From NCBI GenBank assembly GCA_965140705.1, contig OZ223300.1, positions 1,760,001 to 1,824,000 on the forward strand: DNA of 64,000 nt, given 5' to 3'. The position numbers and the translations under genes were made by a program. This DNA comes from an uncultured Arcobacter sp. Its GTDB lineage: Bacteria; Campylobacterota; Campylobacteria; Campylobacterales; Arcobacteraceae. Under the pieces are notes generated by a model, which was not told the DNA's origin, searched no databases, and was given only the letters and a program-made list of their open reading frames with translations. Position 1 is the first letter of the stretch, and every line of letters begins with the position of its first letter. Below, piece after piece: positions 48,898 through 57,141 of this stretch.

Positions 48898-50084
48898 GCC
48901 AATTAAATAACAAACTACTAATAGATGTAGGAAGTACTTATTTTAAAGTTAGTTCATCAAAAGGTGTTGAACAACACTTTAGAGACTTCAATAAAGATAT
49001 ATACGATGACTTAACATATAAGTGTGGAGAAACAATTAAAACATACGAAAAAGAGAATGTTTATATTTGTTCATCTGCAAATGGAGGGCTTAGTACACTC
49101 ATCATTGGTGTTACAAACTCTTTTTCACTTAAATATGCAACAAATATTGCCTTTAATTCTGGAATAAATATTATTGATACTGTTTTATACCAAGATATAG
49201 AAACATCTTCAATTCCAAGTGATTTAATAGATGTTGTTATTGTTGTAGGTGGAATAGATTCTGTTTCAAATATCTTTGGAAAAGAGTTATTTGATTATTT
49301 GGATAAAATCTCTTACTCAAATATTGTATATGTAGGAAGTAATAAGGATAGTGAAAATCTACAAAAAAATATAAAAAACCTAGTTGTTTTACCAAATGTA
49401 ATTGATGATAAACTGCATATTGTAGAAGAGCACTTAAAAGAGTATTTAACAAACCTTTATCAAGCAGATATTATGGGTAAAGAGGATATCAAAAATCTTT
49501 ATGAAATAACATCGAATCAAATATACTCTACTCCATATATAGTAAATAAAACTTTGCCATTTATTACAACAAAATTCTCAGTTGTTGATCCTTATATTCT
49601 TATAGATATTGGAGGAGCAACTACTGATATTCATTACTCTAAAGACTTAGTTGATGATAATTTAGTTACTACAAATGAGTATGATAGACTTGTATTTAAA
49701 AAACTTGGAGTTTTTAAATCAAAAGAGTCATTAATCTTTAGTGCAAAAAACAATGAGTTTGTATATGAGCTATTATCACACTTAAAAGTTACAGAAAATA
49801 TTTTTGAAGAACAAAGTGAAAAGGCTTTGAGAATATTAATGCAACTTGCGATATTCTTAGTTTTATGTAAAGTATCACATTATAGAAAAGCTTATGTAAA
49901 CTTAAAACTATTATCATTAAATAGTCTAGTTTTAACAGGTGGTATAACAAAAGTTTTATCACAAGAAGAGATTGAAGATATCATCTCATTTTTTTATAAA
50001 AAAATTCTAAATTCAAACCATAACCCAAGTGTTGTAATGGATTCAAATTACGACATTTGGACTCTTGGTTTAACTCAAAAATAA
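48894..50084 (+). CDS. glmL: Glutamate mutase L protein (reactivase-like, actin/ASKHA ATPase fold)
   Basis: IDVGSTYFK, CSSANGGL, GGID, IDIGGATTDIH, TGG; follows the E subunit. Confidence 0.85.
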   Translation: MSQLNNKLLIDVGSTYFKVSSSKGVEQHFRDFNKDIYDDLTYKCGETIKTYEKENVYICSSANGGLSTLIIGVTNSFSLKYATNIAFNSGINIIDTVLYQDIETSSIPSDLIDVVIVVGGIDSVSNIFGKELFDYLDKISYSNIVYVGSNKDSENLQKNIKNLVVLPNVIDDKLHIVEEHLKEYLTNLYQADIMGKEDIKNLYEITSNQIYSTPYIVNKTLPFITTKFSVVDPYILIDIGGATTDIHYSKDLVDDNLVTTNEYDRLVFKKLGVFKSKESLIFSAKNNEFVYELLSHLKVTENIFEEQSEKALRILMQLAIFLVLCKVSHYRKAYVNLKLLSLNSLVLTGGITKVLSQEEIEDIISFFYKKILNSNHNPSVVMDSNYDIWTLGLTQK

Positions 50085-50094
50085 AGGATATAAG

Positions 50095-51672
50095 ATGTCT
50101 ATAAATTGTATTAGAAGATTAATTGAAGATGCTGCAATCTCACATCCACAAAAAAATGCTTTAATCCTAAATGAAAAAAGTTTGACATATGAAGAGTTAC
50201 TAACAAAAGTAAATCAAGTAGCTTTTTATCTAAATGAGTTAGATTTACCAAAAGGTAGTAGAGTTGGTATTTACTCAAATAAATGTATGGAACAAGTTAT
50301 TGCTATACTTGCCATTTTATCAACTGATTATGTCCTTGTACCTCTAACAAAACTGCTTAAACCAGACCAAGTTAAATATATAATAAAAGATTGTGATATA
50401 AAATGTATCATAACAGATAAGATAAAAGAAAATAGCATTGAAAATATTGATTTTGATGGTCATGTTATTTCATATGTTACGGTACACAAAGCTGTTCCTT
50501 CTTTTGAAGAAATTTTCAAATACTACAACAAACCATATATCTGTGAAATAAATGGACATAGTAATGCTGTAATTACTTACTCTTTTGGTATAACTGGAAC
50601 TCCAAAAGGAATTGTTATATCTCATAGAAACCTAATAGATAGTGCAAGGGTTGTCTCACAATACTTAAGTTTAAAAGAAGATGACATAATATCTGGAATT
50701 TTACTATTTAACTTGGATTATGGATTAAATCAAATCTTTTGTTCTTTATATAAAAGAGCAACTTTAGCTTTACATAGATTTATTCTAGCAAGTGACTTTT
50801 TCAATCATTTAATAAATGACAATGTAACAGTTATTCCACTTATGCCAATTAGTATTACTCAAATGTTTGATGAAGACTTACATAGACTTCCTAGTGTAGA
50901 GTTATTAAGTAATATTAGAATTATCACTTCTTCAGGTGGTAACTTAACACCTAAAATGTTAAAAGATGTACAAGAATACTTTACAAATGCAAAAATATTT
51001 TCTATGCATGGTTTAACAGAAGCCTTTAGATCAACATATTTAGACCCAAGCCAAATAAACATAAGACCTAACTCTATAGGAAAAGCTATTCCAGATGTTG
51101 AACTATATGTTATTGATGAAAATGGAAATGAGTGTGAACCAAGAGTTGTAGGTGAACTAATTCACAGAGGTGGATATATCTACAAAGGTTTTTGGAATGC
51201 TCCTATTGAAACTGGTGAGAGATTTAAATCAGTTAATATACTTAAAAATGTAATTAATCTTGAGGGACAACTAAGGGATGAAGTTGTTGTAAAAACTGGA
51301 GATTTTGTTTATAAAGATGAAGAAGGATATTTATACTTTGTATCAAGACAAGATGATATGATTAAAACAAGAGGATTTAGAGTAAGTCCTTATGAAATTG
51401 AATCTGTTGCAATAAATAATATACCTCAAATAGATCAATGTGCAGTTTTTTCAATAGAAAATGCAGAGATTGAAGAAGAGATTGTTTTTGTATATAGTGC
51501 AAAAAGTGAACTATCTTCTAAAGAGATAACTTTTGAATTAAAAAAACATCTGGCATCATATATGATTCCTCTAAGAATAATTTATAAAAAATCACTTCCT
51601 TTAATTCCTAGTGATAAAAATAAAGTTAATAAAAACCAACTTAGAGCTGAATTACTTGATTCTTTAAAATAG
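50095..51672 (+). CDS. AMP-forming acyl-CoA/amino-acid ligase (TIGR03098-like adenylate-forming enzyme)
   Basis: GITGTPKG, SHRNL, DYGLNQ, GLTEAFRSTYL, SIGKAIP, TGD, DDMIKTRGFRVSPYEIE. Confidence 0.85.
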   Translation: MSINCIRRLIEDAAISHPQKNALILNEKSLTYEELLTKVNQVAFYLNELDLPKGSRVGIYSNKCMEQVIAILAILSTDYVLVPLTKLLKPDQVKYIIKDCDIKCIITDKIKENSIENIDFDGHVISYVTVHKAVPSFEEIFKYYNKPYICEINGHSNAVITYSFGITGTPKGIVISHRNLIDSARVVSQYLSLKEDDIISGILLFNLDYGLNQIFCSLYKRATLALHRFILASDFFNHLINDNVTVIPLMPISITQMFDEDLHRLPSVELLSNIRIITSSGGNLTPKMLKDVQEYFTNAKIFSMHGLTEAFRSTYLDPSQINIRPNSIGKAIPDVELYVIDENGNECEPRVVGELIHRGGYIYKGFWNAPIETGERFKSVNILKNVINLEGQLRDEVVVKTGDFVYKDEEGYLYFVSRQDDMIKTRGFRVSPYEIESVAINNIPQIDQCAVFSIENAEIEEEIVFVYSAKSELSSKEITFELKKHLASYMIPLRIIYKKSLPLIPSDKNKVNKNQLRAELLDSLK

Positions 51673-51674
51673 AT

Positions 51675-51708
51675 TTTATCTAATACTTAAGATAAAGTAT
51701 TAGATAAA
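51675..51708 (+). terminator. Hairpin terminating the mutase operon
   Basis: TTTATCTAATACTT/AAGTATTAGATAAA 14-bp stem. Confidence 0.65.
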
Positions 51709-51732
51709 TAATTTTTGAAAATTTTAAAATTT

Positions 51733-51746
51733 TTGATTAAAATCAA
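51733..51746. promoter_or_regulatory. FNR/Crp-family binding site TTGAT-N4-ATCAA
   Basis: Perfect consensus TTGATTAAAATCAA; -10 TATAAT at 51769-51774 puts the box centre near -41.5. Confidence 0.75.
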
Positions 51747-51805
51747 TTAAATTTACACTTTTTTATCTTATAATACATTCATTAAAAAATCAAAAGGATA
51801 AAATA

Positions 51806-52081
51806 ATGAAAAAAATTCTACTTTTAACTTCAATCTTAGCATGTGTAGCATTTGCTAATCCATTTGCAAAATGTGTAGGTTGTCATGGGGCAAATGGAGA
51901 AAAAGTTGCCTTAGGAAAGTCAAAAATAATTAAAGATATGACTAAAGCTGAAATAGTTACAGCTTTAAAAGGTTATAAAGATGGAACTTATGGTGGACCA
52001 ATGAAAGGCCTAATGAAAGGTCAAGTTGCTTCTTTAAGTGATGCTGATATTCAAGCAATCGCAGATAAAATCGGAAAATAA
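51806..52081 (+). CDS. Cytochrome c553 (class I monoheme)
   Basis: Signal peptide, CVGCH, GGPMKGLM. Confidence 0.93.
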   Translation: MKKILLLTSILACVAFANPFAKCVGCHGANGEKVALGKSKIIKDMTKAEIVTALKGYKDGTYGGPMKGLMKGQVASLSDADIQAIADKIGK

Positions 52082-52084
52082 TCA

Positions 52085-52110
52085 AAGTAAGAAGAGCTCT
52101 CTTCTTACTT
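52085..52110 (+). terminator. Terminator hairpin after the first c553
   Basis: AAGTAAGAAGAG/CTCTTCTTACTT. Confidence 0.7.
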
Positions 52111-52229
52111 AAAATAATGTTACTCTTCTCCTCAATTTAATTTTTCTTAACGAATTATTAACAAACTAATCAACTTAAAAGTAAAAGTACTATAATATTT
52201 TAATTGTAAATTAATAATAAGGGATAACA

Positions 52230-52505
52230 ATGAAAAAAATAATACTTCTTACTACAATTTTAGCATGTGCACTATTTGCTGATCCATATGCAAAATGTGT
52301 AGCTTGTCATGGGGCAAATGGAGAAAAAGCTGCAATGGGAAAATCTAAAATTATAAAAGATATGACTAAAGCTGAATTTATAGCTGCACTAAAAGGTTAT
52401 AAAGATGGAACTTATGGGGGAGCTTTAAAAGGTTTAATGGCTGGACAAGTTACTTCTTTAAGTGATGCTGATATGGAAGCATTAGCAAATCAAATAGTTA
52501 AATAG
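52230..52505 (+). CDS. Cytochrome c553, tandem paralogue
   Basis: Signal peptide, CVACH, GLM; closely similar to the previous gene. Confidence 0.93.
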   Translation: MKKIILLTTILACALFADPYAKCVACHGANGEKAAMGKSKIIKDMTKAEFIAALKGYKDGTYGGALKGLMAGQVTSLSDADMEALANQIVK

Positions 52506-52585
52506 GCCTTATTTAAATAAAATTGATACTTTTAAAGATAATTTTTGTAATATAATAACAAAGAAAGTTTTTAAAGGTCTCAGTT

Positions 52586-54880
52586 TTGAAATCAAGCTAC
52601 AAAACCAAATTTTTATTTTTTCACTTTTTATCTGTATTAATTTTAATAAGTTCAATCTACATATATGATACTATTTCTGATCAATCAAATATAAACAATA
52701 TATCAAGTAAAAATTTCAAAACTGTTTTTAATGAAAAAAAACAATATATAACTAAATTAATAAATTTAAAAAAGACTCTTCTAAATACAATAGCAAATAA
52801 TCAAATTTTTAATAACTACATCAATAACAAAGAAAATGTAAAAAATGTTCAAAATCTCTTTGCTGCATTAGTTAATACAAATTCATATATCTTCCAATTA
52901 AGCTATATTGATTTAGCTGGTAATGAAAAAATAAAAGTTGTTAAAGAGCCCTCAAAAAAAGGCTCGCCTAGTAAAATCATACCAAATAATTTATTAGAAA
53001 ATAAATCAAACAGTGACTATTTTAAAACCTTTATGGAACTAAAAAAAGATATTTTTGGTCTTTCAAACATAAGTTTAAACACGGAGCATGGGAAAATTAC
53101 TGAACCAAAAATAGCAACAATAAAAGTTGCTAAAACTATTTATGATAATCATGGTAATAAAACAGGTTTTATTGTCATAAATGTACTAGTTGATGAACTT
53201 TTTAATTATCTAGAAAAAGATAAATTTTTTAAAATATATTTAATAACTTCTAAAGGTGAAATTGTATTCCCAAATGATAAAGAAATGGGAATATACTCAG
53301 AAAATTTTAAAAAATATTTAATAGATTCTCACTTTAAAGAATTAGACATAAAGTCTATTTTAAATAAAGATGAATTTTCAAATAAAAAATTCTTTTCGGT
53401 AAAAATCAATAGTTTCAATAAAAATGAAAAATTTACACTTCTATTTGAATCAAAATATAACTCTTTAGAAAAAGAATTAGATGCAAAAAAGAAACAACTA
53501 ATATATGTGCTTATAGTTATTTCAATTTTAGCCCTTCCTCTTGTCTTATATTTTGCAGGTATTCCTGAAAAACTTGAAAGAAAAATTATAAAACAATTCA
53601 TCACTGATGATTTGACTAAATTACCAAATTTAGAGCATTTATTAAGTGATTTGAAAGAGAAAGAGTTCAAAGATTGTTTAATAGTATTATTGAATATTAC
53701 TAATGATAAGAATATTCAAAATATTTATGGATTTAATGTTACGAAAGAGTTATTAAAAGAGTGTGCTCAGTTTTTTATTAACTATACAGAAAAAGACAAA
53801 AGATTTTTAAAAGTATATAAAATCAAACATAATGTTTTTGCATTTAAATACTTATATAAAAATAGAAATATATTAAATGAATCTTTAAATAAAATCCAAA
53901 ATTTATTAGAAAATAAAGAGTTTTTAATACTAAATAAATATGAGATAACTATAGATACTACTATAGGTGTAAGTAGTATAGATGTACTAAATAACAATAT
54001 AAATGAGTTAAAAGAGGCTGAAATAGCATTAGATGATGCATTACAATCAAATCATGACATCTCTATTTATAATAGTTCCCATGTTGAAAATCTTGAAAAA
54101 CATAAATTAAATATCGAAAAAATTAAAGTAATAAAAGATGCTATTTTAAACAATAATGTAATTATAGCTTTTCAACCTATTTTTAACAACTTTCAAGGGA
54201 AAGTTGAAAAATATGAAGCTCTTGTAAGATTAAAATATAAAGATAAAATATTTTATCCTGATGAGTTTTTACAAATCTCAAAAAAGATTAAAAAATATAA
54301 AACTTTAACAAAGATAATTATAGAAAAAACATTTGAATTTTTTAAAGACAAAGATTTTGAGTTTTCTATTAATTTAAGTATGGAGGATATCCTTGATAAT
54401 GAAATTAGAGAATATCTTTTTAAAGAAATTGATAGATACAATTTCCAAAATAAACTTGTAATAGAACTTGTTGAAACAGAGGCTATAAATAACTATGAAG
54501 CATTTACAAGTTTTATAAAAGAGATAAAAAAATTAAATTGTAAAATTGCTATAGATGATTTTGGAAGTGGATATTCAAACTATGATTATATAATTAAGCT
54601 TTCTGATTACATTGATTACTTAAAAATTGATGGAACACTAATTACAGATATAGATACAAATAAAAAAACTCAGCTTCTTGTAGGTACCTTAAAATTTTTA
54701 TGTGATAGTTTGAAAATAAAAACAATTGCAGAGTATGTAGAAAATAAAGAAATTTTTGAATTTATTAAAGCAATGGATATCTCTTATTCTCAAGGATATT
54801 ATATAGGTAAACCAGAATTTGAACTAACAGAGAATGAGTGGATAAAAGATGAAAAGAAAAAAGACTTAAACTACTTCTAA
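52586..54880 (+). CDS. Membrane sensor with Cache-like domain, degenerate GGDEF and EAL domain (c-di-GMP phosphodiesterase)
   Basis: 2 TM helices, DDLTKLPN, GGDEF position reads KHNVF; FQPI, YEALVR, ELVE, DDFGSGYS, KIDG, AEYVE, QGY. Confidence 0.9.
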   Translation: MKSSYKTKFLFFHFLSVLILISSIYIYDTISDQSNINNISSKNFKTVFNEKKQYITKLINLKKTLLNTIANNQIFNNYINNKENVKNVQNLFAALVNTNSYIFQLSYIDLAGNEKIKVVKEPSKKGSPSKIIPNNLLENKSNSDYFKTFMELKKDIFGLSNISLNTEHGKITEPKIATIKVAKTIYDNHGNKTGFIVINVLVDELFNYLEKDKFFKIYLITSKGEIVFPNDKEMGIYSENFKKYLIDSHFKELDIKSILNKDEFSNKKFFSVKINSFNKNEKFTLLFESKYNSLEKELDAKKKQLIYVLIVISILALPLVLYFAGIPEKLERKIIKQFITDDLTKLPNLEHLLSDLKEKEFKDCLIVLLNITNDKNIQNIYGFNVTKELLKECAQFFINYTEKDKRFLKVYKIKHNVFAFKYLYKNRNILNESLNKIQNLLENKEFLILNKYEITIDTTIGVSSIDVLNNNINELKEAEIALDDALQSNHDISIYNSSHVENLEKHKLNIEKIKVIKDAILNNNVIIAFQPIFNNFQGKVEKYEALVRLKYKDKIFYPDEFLQISKKIKKYKTLTKIIIEKTFEFFKDKDFEFSINLSMEDILDNEIREYLFKEIDRYNFQNKLVIELVETEAINNYEAFTSFIKEIKKLNCKIAIDDFGSGYSNYDYIIKLSDYIDYLKIDGTLITDIDTNKKTQLLVGTLKFLCDSLKIKTIAEYVENKEIFEFIKAMDISYSQGYYIGKPEFELTENEWIKDEKKKDLNYF

Positions 54881-55708
54881 TCTATCTCTTCCATTTAATT
54901 TTGCTTCATAAACTTTTTTATCAGCCATTTTTATGAACTCATCTATAGAGTTTGCCTTGCTATAAAAAGATACTCCCATAGAAACAGTTACAGATATATC
55001 TTTCAAAGGATGAAATATCATTTGAGATTTTATATCTTCCCTTAGAATATTAAGTTTTTTTATTAGTTCATCTTTTTTCTCAAAACATAAAATTATAAAC
55101 TCTTCTCCCCCATATCTGTATGCTTCACCATTTAAACTATAAGCATGAGATTGAATCTTATTTGCTAAATACTTTAGTACCCTATCTCCTGTATCATGTC
55201 CAAAGTTATCATTTATACCTTTAAACCTATCAGCATCAATAAACACTGCACAAAGTAAGGAAGAGTGTTTTTGTTTAGTAAAAAGTTCTAAATCTGCCTC
55301 CATCTTTCTTCTATTGTATAAAGAAGTTAAAGCATCTTTATTCATCATATCTTTTAGAAGTTCCTTTTCCCTCAAAAGTTCTTCTATCAAATTATCTTTA
55401 AAATTTTCAATTGTATTTATATTCTTTTGTTCTAAGATTTTTCCTAATTTAAATTCAAACTTATTTAATTTTGAATTATAATCTACTTCTTTACACTCAA
55501 TTTTAATAGATGGTTTTTCTTCACCTAATCCATTTCTTAGAATCAAACTATCTACTTTTTTAATATCATATCTTATTTTATCATCTACAATTTTTATATC
55601 TAAAAGCTCACTTCTCCAATATTTATTAATATCTTTTGATAGAACTCTTAATTTCATATTCAAAATATCTTCAAATATCTCTTTTCCAACAGAAATTGTA
55701 ATTGTCAC
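54866..55708 (-). CDS. Diguanylate cyclase with N-terminal ASCH/PUA-like domain
   Basis: DALTSLYNRR, DADRFKGINDNFGHDTGD, YRYGGEEF, SMG, AK..GRD. Confidence 0.9.
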   Translation of the reverse strand: MTITISVGKEIFEDILNMKLRVLSKDINKYWRSELLDIKIVDDKIRYDIKKVDSLILRNGLGEEKPSIKIECKEVDYNSKLNKFEFKLGKILEQKNINTIENFKDNLIEELLREKELLKDMMNKDALTSLYNRRKMEADLELFTKQKHSSLLCAVFIDADRFKGINDNFGHDTGDRVLKYLANKIQSHAYSLNGEAYRYGGEEFIILCFEKKDELIKKLNILREDIKSQMIFHPLKDISVTVSMGVSFYSKANSIDEFIKMADKKVYEAKLNGRDRLEVV

Positions 55709-55829
55709 TTACATTTAGCCTTTAAAACTCTTTTTAACATGATATAGTATTACAATTTACAAAGACATAAACATCAATTTAAAATTCATTATGATAAAAT
55801 CACAAAATTTAATAAACATTAGGATTATT

Positions 55830-57137
55830 ATGAAAAAAATTTACCTTCTTTTATCTATTTTTACTATTTCATTTCTTTTTTTAGGTTGTTCATCAAAGCA
55901 ATTGGATACAGAAGTAAATGATCTAAAAATTTATAAACAAGACCCAAAAGAGTACACTTCTTCTATTCCTAAGTTGGATAAAAATGTTCAAGATGAATTA
56001 GACCAAGAGTTCAATAAAAGATATTTTAGCCCTTGGCATAAAGAGAGATTTAAAGCAAGTTTGAAAGATGTAACTTGGCAATTTTCTTATAAAAATAAAA
56101 AAGTTTATGGGGACAACAATAGATTGATCAAAAAAGAGTGGTTTGATGAACAAATTGATAACTCCAATTTTGAAAAATATAATACCTTTTTAAAAAAAGC
56201 AATTACGGTTAAAAACTCAAATCTAAGACTTTTCCCAAGTGATAGTAAAATCTTTTATAATCCTTCTATTGCAGGAGAAGGTTTTCCTTTTGATTATAAT
56301 CAAAACTCTGGTATAAAAATCAATTCACCAATTTTGATTTCTCACTTATCTAAAGATAGAGCTTGGGCATATGTTTTATCTTCTTTTGCAAAAGGTTGGA
56401 TAAAAGTAACAGATATAGCATATATGAATGATAAACTAATGAAGTTCTTTGAAAATGGAAACTACTACGTTGCTATTAAAGATAATTTTCCAATATACAA
56501 AAAAGGTGTCTTTGTAGAATATATAAAATTAGGGACACTCTTTCCTGTAAAAAACAATAAAGCAATTACCATTGGAAGATATGGGAACAATGAGGGTTAT
56601 AGTAGAGTAATAGAGATTCCAAATGTATATATTGCAAAAAAACCAATTGACTTTAATAGTAAAAATATTACAAATATCATGAATCAATTAATTGCAGAAC
56701 CATATGGTTGGGGTGAAATACTAAATCATAGGGATTGTTCAGCTTTGACAAAAGATTATTTTGCACCCTTTGGAATAAACTTAAAAAGAAACTCTTATGG
56801 ACAAACTTTAGATTATAAATATTATGATATAAAAAAGCTCTCAAATGAGAAGAAAAAAGAGTTTATTATAAAAAATGGTATTCCTTTTTTGACTTTAGCA
56901 TATATGCATGGTCATATCATGCTTTATATTGGAAAAAAAGATGGAGAACCTCTATTTTTCCATAATGTTTGGGGTGTAAAAACAAAAAGTTTCTTTGGAA
57001 AAGATGGTAGAAAAATTGTTGGGAAAGCAGTAATTACTTCTTTAAATATGGGTGAAGAAGTAAACAATTTTGATGAAAAAAGAAGTTTAGCCTCAAGAAT
57101 ACTTGGAATTGTAAATGTTACTCAAAAAAAAGAGTAA
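55830..57137 (+). CDS. SH3-domain NlpC/P60 family peptidase lipoprotein
   Basis: Lipobox FLGC, GEGFPFDY, PYGWG...RDCS, GHIMLYIG. Confidence 0.9.
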   Translation: MKKIYLLLSIFTISFLFLGCSSKQLDTEVNDLKIYKQDPKEYTSSIPKLDKNVQDELDQEFNKRYFSPWHKERFKASLKDVTWQFSYKNKKVYGDNNRLIKKEWFDEQIDNSNFEKYNTFLKKAITVKNSNLRLFPSDSKIFYNPSIAGEGFPFDYNQNSGIKINSPILISHLSKDRAWAYVLSSFAKGWIKVTDIAYMNDKLMKFFENGNYYVAIKDNFPIYKKGVFVEYIKLGTLFPVKNNKAITIGRYGNNEGYSRVIEIPNVYIAKKPIDFNSKNITNIMNQLIAEPYGWGEILNHRDCSALTKDYFAPFGINLKRNSYGQTLDYKYYDIKKLSNEKKKEFIIKNGIPFLTLAYMHGHIMLYIGKKDGEPLFFHNVWGVKTKSFFGKDGRKIVGKAVITSLNMGEEVNNFDEKRSLASRILGIVNVTQKKE

Positions 57138-57141
57138 CACT

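Noticed and set aside
47126..50084. Classic glutamate fermentation (methylaspartate pathway) operon
   Set aside because: No methylaspartate ammonia-lyase, mesaconase or citramalate lyase in the window; cannot be excluded genome-wide
51806..52505. Long imperfect direct repeat
   Set aside because: Tandem c553 gene duplication, not a CRISPR array or mobile element
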